29,054 bases of DNA, taken from UHGV virus genome UHGV-0296494. The stretch is one strand, 5' to 3'. Each line of letters opens with the position of its first letter. Within the stretch, counting starts at the first letter, position 1. The notes below the pieces were generated by a model that was given only the letters and a program-made list of their open reading frames with translations, searched no databases and was not told where the DNA came from. Shown here one piece after another: positions 8,719 to 20,706 of this stretch. The position numbers were made by a program, and so were the translations under genes. This DNA is from a virus.

Positions 8719-9937
8719 CGTTCTTTTCCTCTTTGCCTTTCGTATCTTTAAAGTTATTCAACGGATTTGCTGCATTTACGCTGACCAGCATTTCATCCAG
8801 ACCGTCAACCGGGTTCATATCCTCAAATGCCCTGGCTTCATTCCGACTCATCCAGCCATCTGTAATGGCAAAGTGATAGAACTGCGCACGCTCCTGTGGG
8901 GTCCCACGGAGCAACCCCGTGAGGTTGAAACGAACGTAATACCCGGCAGCCCGTTCTGTACGGGTAAACAGGCGACGGTTAAGCTCCTGCTCCCAGTTCG
9001 CAACCCAGGGCATCATCGTGTAGCGAACAAACTGAATCGCCTGCTGCGTAATATTCGAAAATGTGGCTTTTTCCAGGTCATTAATCATGTGCGCCGGGAC
9101 ATTAAAAATCCCGGCAATCATCGACCGGTTCAGCTTGGTCATATCAATGATCTGAGCATCCACCGGAGAAACTGTCAGAGCGCGGTAATCCAGTTGCGCA
9201 GGCAGCAACATGGTTTTATTTTCCTGGCTGCGAAGCGCTGTCACCGCCCGCTGCCACATATTCTTGAGCCTGCTCCAACTCTGTTCGTTCAGTTCATTTT
9301 TCACAGAAATAATCCCGGCAGGACGGGCATTACCGTTAAAAAAAGCACTGGTATACTGCTGACCACTCATTCCCATACCAATGGTTTCAGCATGCTGCAT
9401 GATCGGACTCAGTCCCATTTTCTGATTGTTTCCCAGCGCCCTGATATGGATCATGTCGTCCGGACTTACCGCAAATGCACCCTCTTCGTTATACACACCG
9501 TAGGTATGACGCCCTCCGGTGTTAAGTAACGTGGTTTCCCATGGCATACAGCATTCAAGACTGGTAACCTCGCCACGACGATTACGTTTCACCCACGTAT
9601 AACCATTGCCCCACCCCAGCACATGACGCTGCTTCAGTTCCCGCCACTTATAGCTGGTCTGCCAGGCATTCGGTTCATCATGAACGAGCCAGAACAACGG
9701 GTGATCGCGTGCCGGCTGAACATGCTCATTCGTTTTTCGCATCACATGCAGGGGCATCTGAGCCACACTGGATGAAATAACATAAATACAGGCATAGACA
9801 GCAGCCAGCCTCATGGACGTTTCCGGACTGACATACACATCCCGGGCAAAAATATTATCCGTCTCTGCGGCCTCTCCGGTTACCGGAACCGAGGGATTTT
9901 CCAGAGGCTCACTGCGAAACAGAGCATCAAGAAGCAT
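8711..9937 (-). CDS. Portal protein (HK97 family)
   Basis: 408-aa ORF downstream of the large terminase; GAGGAG SD 6 nt upstream of ATG at 9937. Confidence 0.9.
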   Translation of the reverse strand: MLLDALFRSEPLENPSVPVTGEAAETDNIFARDVYVSPETSMRLAAVYACIYVISSSVAQMPLHVMRKTNEHVQPARDHPLFWLVHDEPNAWQTSYKWRELKQRHVLGWGNGYTWVKRNRRGEVTSLECCMPWETTLLNTGGRHTYGVYNEEGAFAVSPDDMIHIRALGNNQKMGLSPIMQHAETIGMGMSGQQYTSAFFNGNARPAGIISVKNELNEQSWSRLKNMWQRAVTALRSQENKTMLLPAQLDYRALTVSPVDAQIIDMTKLNRSMIAGIFNVPAHMINDLEKATFSNITQQAIQFVRYTMMPWVANWEQELNRRLFTRTERAAGYYVRFNLTGLLRGTPQERAQFYHFAITDGWMSRNEARAFEDMNPVDGLDEMLVSVNAANPLNNFKDTKGKEEKNDE

Positions 9938-10067
9938 GTTTTCTCCTCATGGACACCACCAGTGCATAAAGCAGCAACAAACAGCCAGACAGCATCAGAG
10001 ACGCTGGCAGACCTGCATACAGATAAACGCCAGCAGTGAGCAGACCGAAACCGATCAGCCCGGTCAT
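9927..10067 (-). CDS. Hypothetical small hydrophobic protein (46 aa) between large terminase and portal
   Basis: Hand translation of the minus strand gives MTGLIGFGLLTAGVYLYAGLPASLMLSGCLLLLYALVVSMRRKHAS. It fills the 147-nt TerL-portal gap and overlaps the portal start by 11 nt. No clear SD; not in the ORF track because it is under 60 aa. Confidence 0.25.
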   Translation of the reverse strand: MTGLIGFGLLTAGVYLYAGLPASLMLSGCLLLLYALVVSMRRKHAS

Positions 10068-10084
10068 ATCAGTAATAAGCTGTT

Positions 10085-11842
10085 TCACAGAATTAACAGG
10101 TCCTCATCAGGATCAAGCGTGGACAGAAAGTCATTCACGCCCCCGCCATTTACCAGAAAGCGGCTCATGGCTGTAAAAAGCGCAACAGGGCCGTCGATTT
10201 TGGCTTCCGGCGTGGATTTATTCGGGAAGATGTTGTCGTTTTTGTCCGGTTTTACAGTAACGTTAGACATCATCCAGTTCATGACCGGATGATTGCTGTG
10301 ATGGAAACGCCCGGCATAAACCAGTGATTCCGTTTCCTTCATGGCCTCTGACAGATTGCGGACCGTCTGCGGAACCTCCACCAGCGGTATCCCTTCTTCA
10401 GCCAGTGCCAGACTGAACTGCATTGCGCTCCACGGGTCAAATCCCAGTTCCCTGAGGTTTTCACCGCCAATCCATTCCAGTAAGTCACTTTTTATCTGAG
10501 CATGATCGATAACATCACCATCCGTCAGGATGAGCTTATCCATCTCCGCCCACTTCCGGTAAAGTTCTGCCTGCTGCCGCGAGCATCGTTCCAGCCGTCC
10601 TTCCGGAAGCCAGAATTTAAAATCAGCATGAACATGTCCGTTATCGGTTCGCCAGAGTTTTGCCGCCGCACAGATATCAATCTTATGAGCAAGGTCGACG
10701 CCGACCCACATGGGATATGTTTTCAGCTCATGTTGTGGAGCAATGTATTCGCACTTCTCCCACTTAATCATATCCATCCAGGCAGATTCGGCAGTGACCC
10801 ACACATTCATGTGTTTGGTAAAAAAATTCACCCGCGCAGAGACCTGCTCCTTCGCTTTTTTCGCCAGACGACGCAGATCATCCCAGCGTTTACAGATGCC
10901 CAGGCCAGGATTCGCTTTCTGCCAGACCGTTTCATCAAACGGATCATCTCCCTCATCAAGCGTGTAAATGATCGCAAAGTAAGAGTCGTCTTTTACAGCG
11001 CCCTCCACGTCGCTGTTATAGCCTCGCAATACCTTGATGGCGTAATCACGCTGCTCGTAACAAATCCCTTCCTTGTTAAAGCCAGCCGTGGTGATACCAA
11101 ATAACAGGGACTGCAGACGGGCACCGGTTGCCGTTTCCAGAACGTCCCACACGTCGCGGGTTTTATGTGCATGCAGCTCATCAATAATGGCGCAGTGGAT
11201 GTTCAGACCGTCCAGGTTGTTTGCATCCGAGGAAAGCGGTTCAAATTTTGATGCGCTCTGCTCCTGGTAAATCGCCAGCTTGTTGAAATCAAACAACCGC
11301 CCGAGTGTCGACCGGGCTTTTCTGACCATATTTTTGGCGTCTTCAAACACGATTCTGGCCTGGTCACGCGTGGTTGCGGCTGAATACACCTCAGCTCCGC
11401 CTTCACTATCTGCCCCCGTCATATACAGGCCGATACCCGATGACAGGGTTGATTTTGCGTTTTTACGGGCGACTTCGTTGTACGCCGTCCGGAACCGGCG
11501 CACCATCACCGGACGTCCGCTGCCATCGCTGCGCATGACAACTTCCCCGGTTTCTTCATTGACCAGCGGAATGACAAAACCAAAAATATTAATGAGGATA
11601 AATACATGCCAGTCCATCAACTCAATGGGCTGGCCTGCCAGTGCCCCTTTTACATGAGGCACAAATTTGTAGAAATTCAGGATGTGCTGCGCACGGGGTT
11701 CACTGAAATAAATCCCCCGCTTTTCGCCGTACTTCAGATCATCAAGAAAACGCTGGCAGGCCAGGCGGACAAATTCGCCAGCAACAATTTCTCCTGCAAC
11801 AACACGTTCGGCGTAGCGGATCCCGTCAGCCACTTTTGCCAT
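10085..11842 (-). CDS. Terminase large subunit
   Basis: 585-aa ORF; start overlaps the small terminase stop (ATGA). Size and position between TerS and portal. Confidence 0.9.
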   Translation of the reverse strand: MAKVADGIRYAERVVAGEIVAGEFVRLACQRFLDDLKYGEKRGIYFSEPRAQHILNFYKFVPHVKGALAGQPIELMDWHVFILINIFGFVIPLVNEETGEVVMRSDGSGRPVMVRRFRTAYNEVARKNAKSTLSSGIGLYMTGADSEGGAEVYSAATTRDQARIVFEDAKNMVRKARSTLGRLFDFNKLAIYQEQSASKFEPLSSDANNLDGLNIHCAIIDELHAHKTRDVWDVLETATGARLQSLLFGITTAGFNKEGICYEQRDYAIKVLRGYNSDVEGAVKDDSYFAIIYTLDEGDDPFDETVWQKANPGLGICKRWDDLRRLAKKAKEQVSARVNFFTKHMNVWVTAESAWMDMIKWEKCEYIAPQHELKTYPMWVGVDLAHKIDICAAAKLWRTDNGHVHADFKFWLPEGRLERCSRQQAELYRKWAEMDKLILTDGDVIDHAQIKSDLLEWIGGENLRELGFDPWSAMQFSLALAEEGIPLVEVPQTVRNLSEAMKETESLVYAGRFHHSNHPVMNWMMSNVTVKPDKNDNIFPNKSTPEAKIDGPVALFTAMSRFLVNGGGVNDFLSTLDPDEDLLIL

Positions 11843-12324
11843 CAGTCTCTCGCTTTTAAAAGCTCTGCCAGCGGATCAACATTATCCGGTCCGGCGGTAT
11901 TTACTTTTGCCCGGCTTGCCGGTGACATACCAAATTCTGCAAGCATCGCCCGGATCCGCTTCCAGGCATCCGCTTTCATCGCAGCAGCCGGGTGTGCCTT
12001 AATCAGCACATCACCGTTCTGCGTTTTCGAGCGGTAGGTGTACCCCTCAACATCGAGTGTTTCGCAGTGATGCCGGTATTCGGTATAGGCTTCCACCAGT
12101 AGCTCAAGCGCACGCGCATCAAGCTGAGAAATGATCCCTTCCGCATTCAGCTCTTCCGCCATTCGCCTGAACCAGTACTTCCCCTGCGCCCCTAAATGTT
12201 GCGGAATTTTAGGGAGACCTTTTTCATCCTTTTTAGCGGTTTTTTTGAGGTCTTTAACTGGCCGCTTTGAGGGGTTGCCTCGTATCAAATGCAGGCGTGG
12301 CGGGGTTTTCGGGGGTCCAGACAT
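11842..12324 (-). CDS. Terminase small subunit (P27-like)
   Basis: 160-aa ORF immediately upstream of TerL with a basic N-terminus (MSGPPKTPPRLHLIRGNPSKRPVKDLKK); ATG at 12324. Confidence 0.8.
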   Translation of the reverse strand: MSGPPKTPPRLHLIRGNPSKRPVKDLKKTAKKDEKGLPKIPQHLGAQGKYWFRRMAEELNAEGIISQLDARALELLVEAYTEYRHHCETLDVEGYTYRSKTQNGDVLIKAHPAAAMKADAWKRIRAMLAEFGMSPASRAKVNTAGPDNVDPLAELLKARD

Positions 12325-12471
12325 AATCGGTTTTACCTATCAATCATTTAATCACATTCCAAAAAAAAGTTTTCGAACCTGCGGCGATGCGAGGAAAGGT
12401 CAGGCGGCGGTACTGAGCAGCCAGGGTTGCAGAGATTTGGCCTGCCCCTCCCCTACAGATGGGAACTGTTA

Positions 12472-12822
12472 TCAATTGATGCGTTCGCGCGCTGTTTTTG
12501 CTTTATGACAGGGCCAGCACAGACTCTGCAGGTTACTGTCTGCATCCGTGCCACCATGAGCTTTCGGAATGATGTGGTCCACAGTTCTGGCTTCAACGGC
12601 TCTCCCATTGCGCAGGCAGTTCTGACACAGATGATTATCACGCTTCAGTATGCGCGCACGTATGGCATCCCATTTCGAGCCATAGCCACGCTGGTGGCGG
12701 CTCAGTCCGCGTTGATGCTGTACCCATCCTTCGCCACGATGTTTATCGCAGTAACCAGAACTGTCTGTGGTTGTACCTGCACATCCACGCTTACGGCAGG
12801 CGCGTGGGATTCGTGGGGGCAT
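12472..12822 (-). CDS. HNH endonuclease (phage packaging-associated)
   Basis: Contains CxxC...DHIIPKAHGGTDADSNLQSLCWPCH, an HNH motif with zinc-binding cysteine pairs. The track ORF starts at a TTG at 12921; trimmed to ATG 12822, which has a GGAG SD 6 nt upstream. Confidence 0.85.
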   Translation of the reverse strand: MPPRIPRACRKRGCAGTTTDSSGYCDKHRGEGWVQHQRGLSRHQRGYGSKWDAIRARILKRDNHLCQNCLRNGRAVEARTVDHIIPKAHGGTDADSNLQSLCWPCHKAKTARERIN

Positions 12823-12942
12823 ATGTACTCCAATGAAGAAGCCACCGACATAGCCTCCTCCATTCATAGTGAAACTATTTTCATCTACCCAGTAATGAAT
12901 TCTTTGTAGAGTTGTGATCAATACAACTCACTAATGGAGAGG

Positions 12943-12964
12943 CTTGTCCAACACGTTGGACAAG
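12943..12964. repeat. Perfect 22-bp palindrome CTTGTCCAAC-AC-GTTGGACAAG
   Basis: Read directly: 10-bp arms are exact reverse complements. Further GGACA motifs follow at 12983 and 12996. Lies in the divergent junction upstream of the HNH gene. Confidence 0.6.
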
Positions 12965-13044
12965 TTTCCTGTTTGATTTACTGGACACTATAGAAGGACA
13001 GAATGCCTTCATCACTCGAATAACATCAATTAAGGAGGTTCAAC

Positions 13045-13167
13045 ATGTTTCATTCCACAAATCATCAGGCTGTAATTATGGCTGCATCAGCTTGTGCCAC
13101 AGACCTTTTCCGCTTCACTTTGAGCCTGATTCATTTCTACCTGACCGGCTCGCCTCTATCTTTTTAA
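13045..13167 (+). CDS. Hypothetical 40-aa protein with near-consensus ribosome-binding site
   Basis: TAAGGAGGT at 13031-13039, 5 nt before ATG 13045. Translation MFHSTNHQAVIMAASACATDLFRFTLSLIHFYLTGSPLSF-stop. Not in the ORF track (under 60 aa). Confidence 0.3.
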   Translation: MFHSTNHQAVIMAASACATDLFRFTLSLIHFYLTGSPLSF

Positions 13168-13483
13168 TCCCCGCTTTATCCAAATTGCATTGCCAGAATG
13201 CCGACAACAGACTGACATTCAAATCCTGACTACCTCCGATAGGCTGAGCATCCACCTATATAGTTTTAATTTTCATCAATCCATTTAACTATCGTTTAAT
13301 TGTTGTCACATAGGATTCTGCCGTTTTTAACAATGAAGAAACAGGAAGCTGTATTACAGAAAGTGCTACTACTGTATCCCGATGCGATGTATGTAATGTG
13401 AGTCAGATAATGGCACAGGATGTGGTGATGTGGCAGTCTGGAACACAGGATATATTGTCAGAATAAGACCCGTAGGAATAAAA

Positions 13484-13810
13484 ATGAAAAGACGCCTTTT
13501 ACTACTTTTTCTGTTATCTGTCCTGGCAGTGGGATGCTCGCAGCAAAAAGCTGATGAGCCCCGGCAATTAGTGACGGTGTATCCACGATATCCGGAATAT
13601 GCTGCAGCAAATTATATCAAGGGGCTGGTTGAGGTTAAGTTCGATATTGGTGCTGATGGGACTGTGACACGGATCGTTTTTCTCCGCTCAGAGCCTCATA
13701 ATTTGTTTCGTGATGAAGTGGTGAAGGCCATGGCGAAATGGCGATTTGAAAAGAATCGCCCCTGTCAGGGAGTGAAGAGACAATTTATCTTTACGCCGTC
13801 ACGTCCTTGA
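13484..13810 (+). CDS. Lipoprotein with TonB C-terminal-like domain (putative moron)
   Basis: Trimmed to the internal ATG 13484 (AGGA SD 6 nt upstream). N-terminus MKRRLLLLFLLSVLAVGC is a lipoprotein signal with lipobox LAVG-C. The rest (YPEYAAANYIKGLVEVKFDIGADGTVTRIVFLRSEPHNLFRDEVVKAMAKWRF) matches the TonB C-terminal motif pattern. Confidence 0.65.
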   Translation: MKRRLLLLFLLSVLAVGCSQQKADEPRQLVTVYPRYPEYAAANYIKGLVEVKFDIGADGTVTRIVFLRSEPHNLFRDEVVKAMAKWRFEKNRPCQGVKRQFIFTPSRP

Positions 13811-14173
13811 TGCTTCCAGGTAGAGAGGGGCTGGAAGCAGGAGAAAAATGAAAGAGCCAGCGGTTATATTTTTGTCATGGCTGACGAGGAATGATGGAAG
13901 AAGGCGTTGTATGCCACACAACGCCTCACTGTTCATTTCTTCTTTTTCTCTGGTGGAACCCGATGAATAAGAGTTGCACTGGTTTCCGATGAGATGGCGA
14001 TATACTCGGGCAAAGTATGCTGGCAGTTTTCCAACTGGTCAAAAATACCTGCTCTCGTCTGTTGCAATGCCTGCAGCATGCGGCGGCAATGCGCCTTGCT
14101 TTTACTAACCATCTTTCCTTCCTCTATCAGTCGCTGCGTGAACTCATCATGGAATACCAGGTAAATGCGGATG

Positions 14174-14425
14174 TTATCGGTTTTGGCTACGCAGCATAGT
14201 ACAAAACGGACAGGTGCATCCCGGGACGGGGGAGGCGTCACATGTCCCTGTGATGGTTGTTCCGGGTAATGTACTGTGTGGGGCATAAAAATGTCCGATA
14301 ATTTTACTTTCTACCGCAGTTAGTTGATTCGTTGGTCCTGGTAGCACATTGGGCGAGGATTTAAATGCCAGGCAACTGAAGGATGATGTCGCAAGGGAGA
14401 TAGCGAGAATATTTCTGATTTTCAT
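14174..14425 (-). CDS. Hypothetical small secreted protein (83 aa)
   Basis: Internal ATG at 14425 of ORF 14174..14494(-) gives MKIRNILAISLATSSFSCLA-FKSSP..., a basic N-terminus plus hydrophobic core like a Sec signal peptide. Weak SD; overlaps another ORF; lies in the conserved right-end region next to cos. Confidence 0.2.
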   Translation of the reverse strand: MKIRNILAISLATSSFSCLAFKSSPNVLPGPTNQLTAVESKIIGHFYAPHSTLPGTTITGTCDASPVPGCTCPFCTMLRSQNR

Positions 14426-14573
14426 TTGATGATGCCTCTGTGTGAAATGACGGTAAACGACGCACTTGTGCCGGCACATAATAGCAAGCACCATAATAGA
14501 TCAGATTCGATTCTTGCTGTAAGTGATAATTATTCTCGTTTTCGGGTCCTTTCCGTCGATCCAACAGGTTACG

Positions 14574-14745
14574 GGGCGGCGACCTCGCGGGTTTTCGCTA
14601 TTTATGAAAATTTTCCGGTTTAAGGCGTTTCCGTTCTTCTTCGCCGTAACTTAATGTTTTTATTTAAAACACTCCCTGAAAAGAAAGGAAACGACAGGTG
14701 CTGAAAACGGGCTTTTTGGCCTCTGTCGTTTCCTTTCTCTGTTTT
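14574..14745 (+). other. cos: Lambda-type cos site: cosN 12-nt cohesive-end sequence at 14574-14585 plus cosB terminase/IHF binding region
   Basis: CAGGTTACG|GGGCGGCGACCTCGCGGGTTTTCGCTATTTATGAAAATTTTCCGGTTTAAGGCGTTTCCGTTCTTCTTCG matches the lambda right-end/left-end junction as I remember it. R-site-like repeats (CGTTTCCGTTCT; AGGAAACGACAG...CTGTCGTTTCCT) precede nu1. Confidence 0.85.
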
Positions 14746-14762
14746 TGTCCGTGGAATGAACA

Positions 14763-15282
14763 ATGGAAGTCAACAAAAAGCAGCTGGCTGACATTTTCGG
14801 CGCGAGTATCCGTACTATTCAGAACTGGCAGGAGCAGGGAATGCCCGTTCTGCGAGGCGGTGGGAAGGGTAATGAGGTGCTTTATGACTCTGCCGACGTC
14901 ATAAAATGGTATGCCGAAAGGGATGCTGAAATTGAGAACGAAAAGCTGCGCCGGGAGGTTGAAGAACTGCGACAGGCCAGCGAGACAGATCTCCAGCCAG
15001 GGACTATTGAGTACGAACGCCATCGACTTACGCGTGCGCAGGCCGACGCACAGGAGCTGAAAAATGCCAGAGACTCCGCTGAAGTGGTGGAAACCGCATT
15101 CTGTACTTTCGTGCTGTCGCGGATCGCAGGTGAAATTGCCAGTATTCTCGACGGGATCCCCCTGTCGGTGCAGCGGCGTTTTCCGGAACTGGAAAACCGA
15201 CATGTTGATTTCCTGAAACGGGATATCATCAAAGCCATGAACAAAGCAGCCGCGCTGGATGAACTGATACCGGGGTTGCTGA

Positions 15283-15308
<26 letters not shown>
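14763..15308 (+). CDS. nu1: Terminase small subunit Nu1
   Basis: 181 aa, MEVNKKQLADIFGASIRTIQNWQEQGMPVLRGGGKGNEVLYD..., essentially lambda Nu1. Confidence 0.97.
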
Positions 15309-18989
<3,681 letters not shown>

Positions 18990-19009
<20 letters not shown>

Positions 19010-20309
19010 TCTCCCGCATATTGCCAGTATGGCCTTTAATGAGCCGCTGATGCTTGAACCCGCCTATGCGCGGGTTTTCTTTTGTGCGCTTGCAGGCCAG
19101 CTTGGGATCAGCCGCCTGACGGATGCGGTATCCGGCGACAGCCTGACTGCCGGAGAGGCACCCGCGGCGCTGGCGTTATCCGTTGATGATGACGGACCAC
19201 GACAGGCCCGCAGTTATCAGGTCATGAACGGCATCGCCGTGCTGCCGGTGTCCGGCACGCTGGTCAGTCGGACGCGAGCGCTGCAGCCGTATTCGGGGAT
19301 GACCGGTTACAACGGCATTATCGCCCGTCTGCAACAGGCTGCCAGCGACCCGATGGTGGACGGCATTCTGCTCGATATGGATACGCCAGGCGGGATGGTG
19401 GCAGGGGCATTTGACTGCGCTGACATCATCGCCCGTGTGCGTGACATAAAGCCGGTATGGGCGCTGGCCAACGACATGAACTGCAGTGCAGGTCAGTTGC
19501 TTGCCAGCGCCGCCTCCCGACGTCTGGTCACGCAGACCGCCCGGACAGGCTCCATCGGCGTCATGATGGCTCACAGTAATTACGGTGCTGCGCTGGAGAA
19601 ACAGGGCGTGGAAATCACGCTGATTTACAGCGGCAGCCATAAGGTGGATGGCAACCCCTACAGCCATCTACCGGATGATGTCCGGGAAACACTGCAGTCC
19701 CGGATGGATGCAACCCGCCGGATGTTTGCACAGAAGGTGTCGGCATATACCGGCCTGTCCGTGCAGGCTGTGCTGGATACCGAGGCTGCAGTGTACAGCG
19801 GTCAGGAGGCCATTGATGCCGGACTGGCTGATGAACTTGTTAACAGTACCGATGCGATCACCGTCATGCGTGATGCACTGGATGCACGTAAATCCCGTCT
19901 CTCAGGAGGGCGAATGACCAAAGAGACTCAATCAACAACTGTTTCAGCCACTGCTTCGCAGGCTGACGTTACTGGCGTGGTGCCAGCGACGGAGGGCGAG
20001 AACGCCAGCGCTGCGCAGCCGGACGTGAACGCGCAGATCACCGCAGCGGTTGCGGCAGAAAACAGTCGCATTATGGGGATCCTCAACTGTGAGGAAGCTC
20101 ACGGACGCGAAGAACAGGCACGCGTGCTGGCCGAAACCCCTGGTATGACCGTGGAAACGGCCCGCCGCATTCTGGCAGTTGCACCACAGAGTGCACAGGC
20201 GCGCAGTGACACTGCGCTGGATCGTCTGATGCAGGGGGCACCGGCACCGCTGGCTGCAGGTAACCTGGCATCTGATGCCGTTAACGATTTGCTGAACACA
20301 CCAGTGTAA
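18990..20309 (+). CDS. C: Capsid assembly protease C
   Basis: GTG start at 18990 with AGGAGGAGAAGA SD; 20-nt overlap with B as in lambda; product TAELRNLPHIASMAFNEPLMLEPAYARVFF.... The longer track ORF 18855..20309 is not used. Confidence 0.9.
19704..20309 (+). CDS. nu3: Scaffolding protein Nu3 (in-frame internal start within C)
   Basis: ATG at 19704 in the C frame (MDATRRMFAQKV...), at the same offset from the C start as lambda nu3. Expression is inferred from lambda. Confidence 0.75.
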   Translation: MDATRRMFAQKVSAYTGLSVQAVLDTEAAVYSGQEAIDAGLADELVNSTDAITVMRDALDARKSRLSGGRMTKETQSTTVSATASQADVTGVVPATEGENASAAQPDVNAQITAAVAAENSRIMGILNCEEAHGREEQARVLAETPGMTVETARRILAVAPQSAQARSDTALDRLMQGAPAPLAAGNLASDAVNDLLNTPV

Positions 20310-20318
20310 GGGATGTTT

Positions 20319-20651
20319 ATGACGAGCAAAGAAACCTTTACCCATTACCAGCCGCTGGGCAACAGTGACCCGGCTCATACCGCAACCGCGCCCGGCGGAT
20401 TGAGTGCGAAAGCGCCTGCAATGACCCCGCTGATGCTGGACACCTCCAGCCGTAAGCTGGTTGCGTGGGATGGCACCACCGACGGTGCTGCCGTTGGCAT
20501 TCTTGCGGTTGCTGCTGACCAGACCAGCACCACGCTGACGTTCTACAAGTCCGGCACGTTCCGTTATGAGGATGTGCTCTGGCCGGAGGCTGCCAGCGAC
20601 GAGACGAAAAAACGGACCGCGTTTGCCGGAACGGCAATCAGCATCGTTTAA
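20319..20651 (+). CDS. D: Head decoration protein D
   Basis: 110 aa, [52 protein letters not shown].... Confidence 0.95.
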   Translation: MTSKETFTHYQPLGNSDPAHTATAPGGLSAKAPAMTPLMLDTSSRKLVAWDGTTDGAAVGILAVAADQTSTTLTFYKSGTFRYEDVLWPEAASDETKKRTAFAGTAISIV

Positions 20652-20670
20652 CTTTACCCTTCATCACTAA

Positions 20671-20693
20671 AGGCCGCCTGTGCGGCTTTTTTT
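20671..20693 (+). terminator. Hairpin plus T-run between D and E
   Basis: AGGCCGC-CTGT-GCGGCTT followed by TTTTTTT, then a second T-run immediately before the E ATG at 20707. Confidence 0.45.
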
Positions 20694-20706
20694 ACGGGAT
20701 TTTTTT

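Larger units (their letters stand above)
1..12822 (-). mobile_element. Phage/prophage morphogenesis module 1: HK97-type terminase and head genes plus lambda-type tail genes, transcribed right to left
   Basis: Contiguous co-oriented, mostly overlapping ORFs in canonical order HNH, TerS, TerL, portal, protease, major capsid, connector, adaptor, tail completion, major tail, G/GT, tape measure, M, L. Family assignment from recognised motifs; no database search run. Confidence 0.85.

Noticed and set aside
12822-12921. N-terminal extension of the HNH ORF back to the TTG at 12921 (149-aa form)
   Set aside because: The extension starts at a TTG without an SD and adds an unconserved hydrophobic segment; the ATG at 12822 with a GGAG SD gives a 117-aa protein of typical HNH size.
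13933-14286. Overlapping ORFs 13933..14286(-) and 14017..14199(+) between the lipoprotein gene and cos
   Set aside because: They overlap each other on opposite strands, neither has a convincing SD or recognisable domain, and I cannot decide which, if either, is real.
12925-14573. Search for lysis genes (holin, endolysin, Rz/Rz1), integrase, repressor, att sites, tRNA or IS elements in the junction
   Set aside because: No ORF of suitable size or motif was found, and no tRNA-like cloverleaf or terminal inverted repeats were evident by eye; absence is reported as a finding rather than a feature.
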